Shown here: positions 14,629 through 23,032 of the stretch, piece by piece
Position numbering within the stretch: position 1 is the stretch's first letter
How the letters are laid out: the number at the start of each line of letters is the position of its first letter
Origin: Hyalangium minutum
GTDB taxonomy: Bacteria > Myxococcota > Myxococcia > Myxococcales > Myxococcaceae
Length of the DNA: 64,000 nt
Assembly: GCF_000737315.1 (NCBI RefSeq)
Contig: NZ_JMCB01000015.1
Location: 1-64,000, forward strand
Direction of reading: 5' to 3'
Made by a program: the position numbers and the translations under genes
Notes under the pieces: model-generated
What the model was told of the DNA's origin: nothing
The model's database searches: none
What the model saw: only the letters and a program-made list of their open reading frames with translations

Positions 14629-15570
14629 GTGGCTCTCCGGCTGGCGTGCATCTCCGTCGACCTGGATTCGCTGCACCACTACTGCCGCATCCACGGTCTG
14701 CCCGAGTCCGTGCTGGACGCGCGTGCCCGAGGGCTCGTGTACTCCACCGCCGTGCCGCGCTTCCGGGAGCTGCTCCGGTCCGTGGGTGCGCCCGGGACGT
14801 TCTTTGCCATCGGGGAAGATCTGGCAGACGCCCGGTCCGCCGAGGCGCTTCGGGACGCCCACCGCGCGGGCATCGAGGTGGGAAACCACAGCTACTCGCA
14901 CGACTACGCGCTCACCCGGCGCGCTCCCGAGTCCATCCGCGAGGAACTGGTCCGGGGCGAGGAGGCCATCCTCGCCGCCACGGGCACCCGGCCCGTCGGC
15001 TTCCGCGCTCCCGGCTACACGCTCAATGCCGCCCTCTACGCAGCCACGGCCGAGCGTGGCTACCTCTATGGCTCGTCCACCTTCCCGGCCGCGCCGTACT
15101 ACGCAGCCAAGGCCGCGGTGATGGGCGCGCTGGCGCTGGCGGGGCGTCCGTCGCGTTCGATATTGGACAGTCCCCGGGTGCTGCTGGCGCCTCGCACGCC
15201 GTACCGGCCGGACCCTTCGCAGCCCTACCGGCGGGGCACCGGGCCGGTGTTGGAGCTGCCCATGGCGGTAACGCCGGGCGTGCGCCTGCCCTTCATCGGC
15301 ACCTTCGTGGCGACGCTGCCCCTGCCCGCCGTTCACGCCGCGTGGCACGCGTGCCGCCGTGACACACTCTTCAACTTCGAGCTCCACGCCGTGGACGTGC
15401 TCGATGCCAACGATGGGATTCCTCCGCAACTGGTCCGCCAGCAGCGCGACTTGCGCGTGTCCTCGACCCGGAAGATGGAGCGGCTCGCGGCCATCTTCCG
15501 CTGGCTGAAGGAGGACGCGGACCTGGTCACCCTCCGTGTGGCCGCCGAGCGGCTTGCTCCCACCGTCTGA
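14629..15570 (+). CDS. Polysaccharide deacetylase (CE4/NodB-like)
   Basis: SVDLD, TFFAIG, EVGNHSYSH, GFRAPGY, FELHAVD motifs; GTG start. Confidence 0.85.
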   Translation: MALRLACISVDLDSLHHYCRIHGLPESVLDARARGLVYSTAVPRFRELLRSVGAPGTFFAIGEDLADARSAEALRDAHRAGIEVGNHSYSHDYALTRRAPESIREELVRGEEAILAATGTRPVGFRAPGYTLNAALYAATAERGYLYGSSTFPAAPYYAAKAAVMGALALAGRPSRSILDSPRVLLAPRTPYRPDPSQPYRRGTGPVLELPMAVTPGVRLPFIGTFVATLPLPAVHAAWHACRRDTLFNFELHAVDVLDANDGIPPQLVRQQRDLRVSSTRKMERLAAIFRWLKEDADLVTLRVAAERLAPTV

Positions 15571-15579
15571 GGCGACGGC

Positions 15580-16278
15580 TCAGCGCGGCGTCTCCGGCGC
15601 CCTGAGCACGTCCGCCACCGCTTCGAGCACACGGGAGTCATCGCGCATCCAGTGATGCAGGAGCACGAAGAAGGTGCGGTCGTGGGCGCCAGGCAGCCGC
15701 GCGCTGGTGGCCGGGACGACAATCATGTCCAGCGGCGTCCAGAAGGTATGAACCTCCACTTTGCCGAAAGGGTGGGGGTTCCGGTTGAGCGCCCGCAGGA
15801 GCGGGCTCCTCGGCCGCATCTGCTTCACCCCCAGCCCCGGGTGCACGTAGGCCATCATCGTCCCCGCCTGGGGCCCGGAGATGGAGACGAAGCGGCGCAC
15901 CTCCTCCTTGCCGCCCTCCATCTGCAGCCAGAAGCGCGTCACCAGCGCCCCCATGCTGAACGCCACCACGTCGATTCGAGCAGCCCCCGTCTCCGCACGC
16001 AGGGCCTCGGCCGCCTGTCCTACCTGCTGGGCCATGTCCGGCACGCTCAGGCTTCCGTTATTGGGCTCCAGCGCGGCCACCCGCACCACGGGCCAGCCGG
16101 CCTGCTCCAGGTACTGCTTCATCGGCTCCAGGCCGAGTGGGGTGTCGTGGAGGCCGTGGACGAGCAGCACCGGCAGCGGGGACGACGCCTGGGACGTGTG
16201 GGTGGGAGCGCGCACCGAGGGCCCCGTCGCACACCCTCCGGCGAGCCACCCCAGCAGCAGCAGCACCTGGAAACGCAT
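15580..16278 (-). CDS. Lipoprotein lipase/esterase (alpha/beta hydrolase)
   Basis: Lipobox LAGGC, VLLVHGL oxyanion motif, nucleophile elbow AFSMG, D..V and H near the C-terminus. ATG at 16278; ORF-track extension is spurious. Confidence 0.8.
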   Translation of the reverse strand: MRFQVLLLLGWLAGGCATGPSVRAPTHTSQASSPLPVLLVHGLHDTPLGLEPMKQYLEQAGWPVVRVAALEPNNGSLSVPDMAQQVGQAAEALRAETGAARIDVVAFSMGALVTRFWLQMEGGKEEVRRFVSISGPQAGTMMAYVHPGLGVKQMRPRSPLLRALNRNPHPFGKVEVHTFWTPLDMIVVPATSARLPGAHDRTFFVLLHHWMRDDSRVLEAVADVLRAPETPR

Positions 16279-16323
16279 GCACGCATGATGCGCCCTCTCC
16301 ACTGGGTGGTGTAAAGAGCCCCC

Positions 16324-17178
16324 ATGTTCGAGGCGCTTGGCGACAAGGTCCGGCAGCGGCTCAAGGGCTGGACGGAGCAGATGGCGGGCCAGGAGCGCAA
16401 GGAGCAGCTCCAGGCACTCACGCGGACGGAGAACGAGTACGGGGTGGACCCCTTCGGGTTCAACCTCGACTTCAGCCTCGCGGCGGCGGCGCCTCTGCTC
16501 TGGCTCTACCGCAAGTACTTCCGCGTGGAGACCTACGGCATCGAGAAGGTTCCCCGTGGCCGCGTCCTCCTCATCTCCAACCACTCAGGCCAGCTCCCCC
16601 TGGATGGCGCGATGATCTGCGTGGCCATGATGATGGAGGCCTCGCCCCCCCGCGCCGTTCGCAGCATGGTGGAGAAGTGGGTGCCCACCCTGCCGTATAT
16701 CTCCACGCTGTTCGCCCGCGTGGGGCAGATCGTCGGCACCCCGGAGAACTGCCGGCGCCTGCTGGAGTCCGACGAGGCCATCCTCGTCTTCCCCGAGGGC
16801 GCTCGCGGCATCTCCAAGCTGTGGCCCCAGCGCTACCAGCTCCAGGAGTTCGGTCTGGGCTTCATGCGCCTGGCCCTGGAGACGAACACGCCCATCGTCC
16901 CCGTGGCTGTCATCGGCGCCGAGGAGCAGGCCCCCGCGCTGCTGGACATCAAGCCCGTGGCCAAGCTGCTCGGGTTCCCCTCCTTCCCCGTCACGCCCAC
17001 CGGGCTGCCCTTCCCGCTGCCCACCAAGTACCGCCTCTACTTCGGAGATCCGCTGTACTTCACCGGCCGCCCGGATGATGAGGACTCCGAGCTGGACAAG
17101 AAGGTGCGCACCGTGAAGACCGCCATCCAGGGGATGATTCACCAGGGACTCAAGGAACGCCGGGGCATCTTCTGGTGA
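16324..17178 (+). CDS. Lysophospholipid/glycerolipid acyltransferase (PlsC family)
   Basis: NHSGQLPLD (HX4-5D), LVFPEG, PIVPVAVIG motifs. Confidence 0.9.
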   Translation: MFEALGDKVRQRLKGWTEQMAGQERKEQLQALTRTENEYGVDPFGFNLDFSLAAAAPLLWLYRKYFRVETYGIEKVPRGRVLLISNHSGQLPLDGAMICVAMMMEASPPRAVRSMVEKWVPTLPYISTLFARVGQIVGTPENCRRLLESDEAILVFPEGARGISKLWPQRYQLQEFGLGFMRLALETNTPIVPVAVIGAEEQAPALLDIKPVAKLLGFPSFPVTPTGLPFPLPTKYRLYFGDPLYFTGRPDDEDSELDKKVRTVKTAIQGMIHQGLKERRGIFW

Positions 17179-17209
17179 GCGCGGCGCAACGTTCGAGGAG
17201 GGGGGCTCC

Positions 17210-18133
17210 ATGAGACCGGCCGTCGTCGTCACAGGCATCAGCGGCAACCTGGGCCGCGCGCTCGCCAAGCAGCTCCACAAGACCGAGCGCATCATCGGCA
17301 TCGACCGGCGCCCCTTCGTGGGCCGGCCGAAGGACGTCGAGATGTATCAGCTCGACCTCCGTAAGAAGAAGGCGGAGGACGTCTTCCGGAAGAACGAGGT
17401 CGGCGCCGTCATCCACATGGGCATCATGCACGACCCGCGCATGAGCGAGGAGGAGCACCACTCCTTCAATGTGGTGGGCACCACGCGCCTGCTCGAGTAC
17501 TGCGCCAAGTACGGCGTGAAGAAGGTGGTCGTCCTCTCCTCGGCCAACGTCTACGGCCCCAGCCCGGACAACTCCAACTTCCTCACGGAAGACGCGCCGC
17601 TCATGGCCGCCAGCCGCTTCTCCGGCGTGAGAGATCTCATCGAAGTGGACATGCTCGCCCACGGCTTCTTCTGGCGGCACCCGGACATCAACACCGTCAT
17701 CCTCCGCCCCGTCCACATCGTCGGGCCCACCATCAAGAACGCTCCCTCCAACTACTTTCGGCTGCGCCGCCCGTGGACGCTGGCGGGGTTCGACCCCATG
17801 GTGCAGCTCATCCACGTGGACGACGTGTCGCGCGCCATGATGGAGGCCCTCCGCCCCGAGCTGAAGGGCGTCTACAACGTCACCGGCCCCGGCGAGGTGC
17901 CGCTGTCCACCGTGCACCGCGAGCTGGGCCATACCGCCATCCCCGTGCCGCACCCCGTCGCCCGGCCGCTGCTCGGCCTGCTCTTCAAGTACCGGCTGGC
18001 CAGCTTTCCGCCCCCCGAGCTGGACCACATCCAGTTCCTCTGCAACGTGGACGGCTCTCGCTGGCTGAAGGAGGCCGGCTGGAAGCCCCGCTACTCCATG
18101 CGCGAGACCATCCGGTCCGTGCTCGGCGAGTAG
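17210..18133 (+). CDS. NAD-dependent epimerase/dehydratase (extended SDR)
   Basis: VVVTGISGNLG, NVVGT, SSANVYG, QLIHVDDV, YNVTG; canonical YxxxK not evident (VRDLIEVD). Confidence 0.85.
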   Translation: MRPAVVVTGISGNLGRALAKQLHKTERIIGIDRRPFVGRPKDVEMYQLDLRKKKAEDVFRKNEVGAVIHMGIMHDPRMSEEEHHSFNVVGTTRLLEYCAKYGVKKVVVLSSANVYGPSPDNSNFLTEDAPLMAASRFSGVRDLIEVDMLAHGFFWRHPDINTVILRPVHIVGPTIKNAPSNYFRLRRPWTLAGFDPMVQLIHVDDVSRAMMEALRPELKGVYNVTGPGEVPLSTVHRELGHTAIPVPHPVARPLLGLLFKYRLASFPPPELDHIQFLCNVDGSRWLKEAGWKPRYSMRETIRSVLGE

Positions 18134-18138
18134 AGGAG

Positions 18139-18166
18139 GGCCCTGACAGTCGTGTCAGGGCCTTTT
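18139..18166 (+). terminator. Hairpin + T4 after the SDR gene (may double as enhancer dyad)
   Basis: GGCCCTGACA-GTCG-TGTCAGGGCC-TTTT, 5 nt after the SDR stop. Confidence 0.65.
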
Positions 18167-18202
18167 GGCCGGGGAAGCCCGAGGGGCCTGACACCCGTGT
18201 CG
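18144..18202. promoter_or_regulatory. Two TGACA-N4-TGTC(A/G) dyads, putative bEBP enhancer sites
   Basis: TGACAGTCGTGTCA at 18144-18157 and TGACACCCGTGTCG at 18189-18202, 90-145 bp upstream of a sigma54 box. Confidence 0.5.
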
Positions 18203-18247
18203 TGTCTTGGGCCGCGCTGGCATGGCTCTGGGTGCCGGGTTTCCGCG

Positions 18248-18260
18248 CAAGGGCTTGATT
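18248..18260 (-). promoter_or_regulatory. IHF consensus site
   Basis: Minus strand AATCAA-GCCC-TTG matches WATCAANNNNTTR exactly; lies between the dyads and the -24 box. Confidence 0.6.
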
Positions 18261-18289
18261 TTACTCGGAACCTGCTGGAATCCAGGCCC

Positions 18290-18305
18290 TGGCACCGGCC
18301 TTGCT
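18290..18305 (+). promoter_or_regulatory. sigma54 -24/-12 promoter
   Basis: TGGCAC-CGGCC-TTGCT is a perfect TGGCAC-N5-TTGCW match. Confidence 0.8.
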
Positions 18306-18315
18306 CTTAGGGAGG

Positions 18316-18394
18316 GCATGGATAGGGGGTTCCATAGGGGAACCTTCGACGCCCGTCGTCTCGGCCGGCCCCGAGTCGACGGGCGGTTTTTTTT
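18316..18394 (+). ncRNA. Candidate sigma54-dependent small RNA (~80 nt)
   Basis: Between convergent genes; preceded by the sigma54 box; stem-loop GGTTCC-ATAGG-GGAACC, then a long hairpin ending in T8. Start inferred from -12 spacing. Confidence 0.6.
18350..18394 (+). terminator. Strong intrinsic terminator on the + strand
   Basis: CGCCCGTCG..CTCGG-loop-CCGAG..CGACGGGCG-G-TTTTTTTT. Confidence 0.85.
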
Positions 18395-18820
18395 CTACGG
18401 CAGCTCGCCCGCGAAGGGCCCGTCGAGCATCCGCTCCAGCTGCCACGTCTTCTCCTGCTGCACGTAGAGGTACTCCTCGGTGACCGTGGCGGTCTGCTCC
18501 GAGGGCGACGGCAGGCGCATCCACTGCAGCCGCGTCGTCACGAAGGCCCGCATCCCATCCGCCGTCAGCTGGGCGTCGAGCACCTCGAAGTCGGAGATCG
18601 TCAAATCCCGCTCGTCGTGAAGCTCCGCCCGGGCCCGCAGGAAAGCCTCGCGACGCTCTGGCACCAGGTGCCGGGCCGCTCCCCGGAAGTCCTTCCAGCG
18701 GATGCGCTTGTGGAAGTCCTCCACCACCGGACGCAACCCCTCCAGTCCGGTACTTTGAGGCGTGTGGGCGCAGGCCCCACCCAGCAGGGCCATCAGGAGC
18801 ACAAGGACGAACGAGCGCAT
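18395..18820 (-). CDS. Hypothetical lipoprotein (141 aa, NTF2-like fold possible)
   Basis: Signal/lipobox MRSFVLVLLMALLGGAC; ATG at 18820. Confidence 0.75.
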   Translation of the reverse strand: MRSFVLVLLMALLGGACAHTPQSTGLEGLRPVVEDFHKRIRWKDFRGAARHLVPERREAFLRARAELHDERDLTISDFEVLDAQLTADGMRAFVTTRLQWMRLPSPSEQTATVTEEYLYVQQEKTWQLERMLDGPFAGELP

Positions 18821-18914
18821 GCTGGTAGGCAACGGTAGCACCCGGAAAGGGCCCCACAAGTAGATCCAGTGCTATCGTCCGGGTCCTGCCTGCGCACCGG
18901 AGTTCCGAACATCC

Positions 18915-21900
18915 ATGGCCAAGTCGATGGTGGAGAGGTACGAGCAGCTGCTGCTGCAAGACCCCACATCCGCGGTTTTCGTCGAGCTCGCCAAAGCCCT
19001 CCTTGAGAAGAGCGAGCATGCTCGCGCGATCGAGGTGTGCCAAAGAGGTCTCGGCCACCACCCCAACTCCGTCATCGGACGGGTGCTGTGGGGCAAGTCG
19101 CTGCTGCACCAGGGCAAGCCTGCCGAGGCGATGGAGCAGTTTGATCAGGCCATTGCCGTCGATAAGGAGAACGCCCACGCCTACAACCTGATCGGTGAGG
19201 TGCTGGTGCAGCGAGGGCTGTTCCGCTCCGCGCTCCCCATTCTGCGCAAGGCCGCCGCGCTGCAACCCAATGATGGGCGGGTCCGTTTGTGGCTGGAGCA
19301 GACCCAGCAGGCCCTGTCGGGAGGGCCCGCCCCGGTGGTGGCGGAGCTTCCTGGCATCACGGCCCACGAGCTCGAGCCGAAGCCCTTCGAGGAGGCGGCG
19401 CCGCCTCCGCCTCCGACTCCGCCTCAGGAGGCCGCGCCGCCTCCGCCGCCCGAGCCGGAGTCCGAGGCGTCCGAGGGCTCCGCGCCTCCGCCGCCGCCCG
19501 AGTCCTGGGATGACGGTGAGCGGGACGACATCACCCGGCAGTTCAGCACCATCAAGGTGGAGCAGTTCCCGGGCGAGGAGCCCCCGGCGCGTCCAGCGAC
19601 GGATGACGAGATCACCACGCCTGGACAGGTCACTCCCTCGCGAGGTCCGGTCAAGGTCTACATGTTCCCGCCTCGCAAGGCCGCGAAGCCGCCGCCTCCT
19701 CCAGAGGAGGAGGATCTCGCGGACACGCCGCCTCCCTTCGCTGCGCGGCGTGAGGAGTATGACGAAGACACGCCGGTGCCGAGCGCGGAGGACAGCGAGG
19801 CCCCTGAAGAGCGTGCGGCGAGTGGGGGAGGGCTGCTCCCGGATGTGGATGGACCGGAGGCCCGCGAGGAGGACGACTCTGGACAGGCGCCCCCTGCCGA
19901 TACCGAGTCTGAGTCCTTGTCCACGGGTGTGATGAGTGCCGCCGACTCTGGAGGAGGCGGTGGGCTCCTGGGCGATCTGCCGCCTCCTGAAGAGGAGGAG
20001 CTGGCTGCGGTTCCCGCGGCCGCCCGTGTCTCCGCCACCGCGAAGACTTCGTCGCCGAGCCGTTCTCGGTCCTCCGCTGGAGGCTCCGCGAAGCGCGCGC
20101 TCCTGGATGACATCCCCGAGGCCGTCGAGCCGAAGGTGACGACGGGCTCGGCTCGCGCCAGGTCCGCGGCCCAGGTAGACGCCGCCGAGGCCGCCGCGGC
20201 CTACGAGAAGGAGCTGCGCGACAAGCTCGCCAAGAGCGCCGCGAATCCCTCCTTCCTCCAGCGCTATGGCCTGAAGCTCGCCGTGGGTGGTGTGCTGGCC
20301 GTGGTGCTCGGCGTGGGCCTGAGCGTGTACCTCATCCGGCGCGCGGCTCAGGGCGGACAGACGCTCACCGAGGTGCTGGAGCGGACCGATCGCGCCATCT
20401 CCCAGGACACCCGCAACGACTTCCAGAACGCGCTCGCGATGATCGAGCGGGCGCAGGAGATGGACGACGACAACCCCAAGGCCCTGGCGCTGAAGGCGTA
20501 TACGTACGCGCTGCTCTTCGCCGACCACGGTGGGAAGATCGAGGACCGGCAGCAGGCGCTCGCGGCGATGGAGCTGCCGGGGGTGAAGGATTCGCACCCG
20601 GGGCTGGCCCTCGCCACGGACGTGTTGGTGGCCGACGACAAGGCGCGCTCCACGGCTCGCGCCGCGCTGCTGTCCTCCACGGATGACTCCACCGAGCGCC
20701 ACGCGCTCGCGGGCACGGTGTTGCTGGAGGACAAGCAGCCGGAGAAGGCGCTGGAGCACTTCAAGCGCGCCCTGGAGGTCTCCGGCCGCAATGTGCGCGC
20801 GCTCGTCGCGCTGGGCCAGTACTACCAGGACTTCGACGACTACCCGAACGCCATCAAGGTCTACGGCACGGCGCAGGAGCTCTCTCCGGAGCACCCGCTG
20901 GCGCGCATTGGCATGGCCGAGAGCCGGCTCGCCCTGGGGCAGGAGCTGAACGAGGCGCTCGCGGACATGCAGGCGCTGAGCGCGGACACGTCCTTGCCCG
21001 AGGCCCTGCACGGCCGGCAGCAGCTCATTCACGGGCGGCTCCTGGCCAGCCTGGGCAAGCCGGACGAGGCCCTGCCGCTGCTGGAGGCCGGCTCCAAGGG
21101 CCAGGGCCCGCTCGTCTTCGACTTCCTGCTCGCGCTGGGTGAGGCGAGCCGCGCCTCGGGCAAGCTGCCCAAGGCCCAGGAGGCCTACGAGGCCGCCCTG
21201 AAGATGCAGCCCAAGAGCGAGGCCGCGATGGAGGGCCTGGGCCGGGCGCTGCTGGATCGCGATCGCGTGAAGGAAGTGCTCGACAAGCTGGGCAAGGCCG
21301 AGGGGCGCCGGCTGTCGCTGGTGCGCGCGGCGGCCTACGCGCGGCAGGAGGACTGGAAGCGCGTCCGCTCGGAGCTGGAGAAGACGCGGGTGAACGACCG
21401 CTACGTGCCCGAGGCCATCGGCTACATGGCCATGGCGGACTCGGCGGACGGCAACGGCGAGCAGGCCCGCGAGGTGCTGGAGAAGGCGACGAAGACCTCC
21501 AAGCAGCCCCGCACGGATCTCCGCGTCGCGCTGGGGCGCGTGTACTGGCGGCTGGGCGCGATGGACAAGGCGCGCGCCGAGCTCGAGGAGGCCATGAAGG
21601 ATCCCCGGGACTACGAGGCCGCCTGCTCGCTGGGCCGGCTGCTGCTCGCGCGGGGCCTGCCGGACCTGGCGCTCGCGCCGCTCACGCGGGCCGTGGAGCG
21701 CAACGGCTTCCACGGAGAGGCGCGGGATGCGCTCGGCCGGGCGCTGCTGGCCATGGGGCGCACGGACGAGGGCTTCAAGCAGTTCACGGCCTGGAAGGAC
21801 GACAACCCCGAGAGCTCCGAGGCCCAGAAGGGCTATGCCCTGGCGCTCTGGCGCTCGGGCCAGTTCGCGCAGGCCGCGGAGGTGCTGCGCGGGGTGAAGG

Positions 21901-22610
21901 TCGGCGCGAACGACGCGGCGGGGCACCGCCTGCGTGCGGTCATCTTGTTCGCCTTGGGGGATAGCAAGGGCGCGACCAAGTCCCTGGAGCTCGCCGCCAA
22001 GAACAGCTCCAGCGATCCGGAGACGTTCTGTGAGATCGCCCACCTCTACCTCCGCAACGCCAAGACCGAAGAGGCTGCGGGGGCCTTCGAGAAGGTCCGG
22101 GCGGATTCGCCCGACACGCTCTGCGGCCAGGTGGGCGAGTACTACGTGTACCCCGAGGACAGCGGCAAGACGGTGCCCGACACGCTGCGGAACCTGGCGA
22201 GCAAGGCGCCCACGGTCTGGGACAAGGCCTTTGCCCAGACGACGCTGGCGCGGGTGCTGCTGAGCACGTCGACGTCCTCCACCTCGCCGAACCTGAAGGC
22301 GGCCCGCGCGGCGGCGGAGGAGGCGGTGAAGCTGGATCCCTTCAACGGCCGGGCTCACCTGGCGCTGGGGCTCGTGGCGCTCCGGCAGAAGCAGGAGGAG
22401 CCCGCGGTCACCGCGCTCACCCAGGCGGTGGAGCTGGATCCGGCGCATGCCCTGGCGCACCTGTCCCTGGCGGATGCGCTCGCGCGCAAGCAGGAGACGC
22501 TGGCCCGCTCGGTTCAGGAGTATGAGACGTTCCTCAAGCTGGCCGGCACGTCGGAGGAGGCCAAGCGGGTCAAGAAGCTGCTGCCGACCCTCAAGAAGCG
22601 GGTGAAGTAG
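18915..22610 (+). CDS. Large membrane-anchored TPR protein (1231 aa)
   Basis: N-terminal TPRs, ~270-aa Pro/Glu-rich linker, TM helix (LAVGGVLAVVLGVGLSVYLI), long TPR array. Confidence 0.85.
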   Translation: MAKSMVERYEQLLLQDPTSAVFVELAKALLEKSEHARAIEVCQRGLGHHPNSVIGRVLWGKSLLHQGKPAEAMEQFDQAIAVDKENAHAYNLIGEVLVQRGLFRSALPILRKAAALQPNDGRVRLWLEQTQQALSGGPAPVVAELPGITAHELEPKPFEEAAPPPPPTPPQEAAPPPPPEPESEASEGSAPPPPPESWDDGERDDITRQFSTIKVEQFPGEEPPARPATDDEITTPGQVTPSRGPVKVYMFPPRKAAKPPPPPEEEDLADTPPPFAARREEYDEDTPVPSAEDSEAPEERAASGGGLLPDVDGPEAREEDDSGQAPPADTESESLSTGVMSAADSGGGGGLLGDLPPPEEEELAAVPAAARVSATAKTSSPSRSRSSAGGSAKRALLDDIPEAVEPKVTTGSARARSAAQVDAAEAAAAYEKELRDKLAKSAANPSFLQRYGLKLAVGGVLAVVLGVGLSVYLIRRAAQGGQTLTEVLERTDRAISQDTRNDFQNALAMIERAQEMDDDNPKALALKAYTYALLFADHGGKIEDRQQALAAMELPGVKDSHPGLALATDVLVADDKARSTARAALLSSTDDSTERHALAGTVLLEDKQPEKALEHFKRALEVSGRNVRALVALGQYYQDFDDYPNAIKVYGTAQELSPEHPLARIGMAESRLALGQELNEALADMQALSADTSLPEALHGRQQLIHGRLLASLGKPDEALPLLEAGSKGQGPLVFDFLLALGEASRASGKLPKAQEAYEAALKMQPKSEAAMEGLGRALLDRDRVKEVLDKLGKAEGRRLSLVRAAAYARQEDWKRVRSELEKTRVNDRYVPEAIGYMAMADSADGNGEQAREVLEKATKTSKQPRTDLRVALGRVYWRLGAMDKARAELEEAMKDPRDYEAACSLGRLLLARGLPDLALAPLTRAVERNGFHGEARDALGRALLAMGRTDEGFKQFTAWKDDNPESSEAQKGYALALWRSGQFAQAAEVLRGVKVGANDAAGHRLRAVILFALGDSKGATKSLELAAKNSSSDPETFCEIAHLYLRNAKTEEAAGAFEKVRADSPDTLCGQVGEYYVYPEDSGKTVPDTLRNLASKAPTVWDKAFAQTTLARVLLSTSTSSTSPNLKAARAAAEEAVKLDPFNGRAHLALGLVALRQKQEEPAVTALTQAVELDPAHALAHLSLADALARKQETLARSVQEYETFLKLAGTSEEAKRVKKLLPTLKKRVK

Positions 22611-22611
22611 C

Positions 22612-23010
22612 GTGGAGACGCCTTCCGATTCAGAGCAGCGGCAGCCGACGTACCCGCTCCTGCGCATCATGGGGAGCAACGCCTTCCTGCTCTCCGTCAT
22701 CTACCTCATCCTGGGCATCTCCGTGGAGGCGGTGCGGCGCGTCTACCCGACGCGCTTCGTCCAGCGGCTGTCGCTGTCGCTGGACTCGCTGCCTGCGCGC
22801 GCGCTGGAGTTCCTGGGGTGGATGGAGCCCCTGCGTGCGAAGTACCTCAACGGGCAGATCCCCGACTACCAGGTGCGCCTCATCTTCGGCGTTACCACGG
22901 TGGTCATCATCTTCCTGCTGGCGTTCGCGGTGGGGCTGCTCGTGGGCAGCCTGCGCGGCTACATGGAGCGCCGCGCCCTGAAGAAGCACTCCCAGCGCCG
23001 CCCCGGATAA
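22612..23010 (+). CDS. Hypothetical membrane protein (2 TM)
   Basis: GTG 1 nt after the TPR stop; two hydrophobic helices; coding-like codon bias. Confidence 0.75.
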   Translation: METPSDSEQRQPTYPLLRIMGSNAFLLSVIYLILGISVEAVRRVYPTRFVQRLSLSLDSLPARALEFLGWMEPLRAKYLNGQIPDYQVRLIFGVTTVVIIFLLAFAVGLLVGSLRGYMERRALKKHSQRRPG

Positions 23011-23032
23011 GCAGGGAGGAGGGGAGGGAGGC

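Noticed and set aside
18318-18467. Small ORF MDRGFHRG... with GGGAGG SD in the sRNA region
   Set aside because: The SD lies upstream of the predicted sigma54 start site, and the ORF runs through the strong terminator into the convergent gene. A peptide is not fully excluded.
18261-22700. 1479-aa minus-strand ORF and the many other long antisense ORFs in the track (e.g. 6692-8185, 25825-28191, 34798-37071, 50690-52798, 57521-59560)
   Set aside because: Shadow frames of real high-GC genes; no recognisable motifs.
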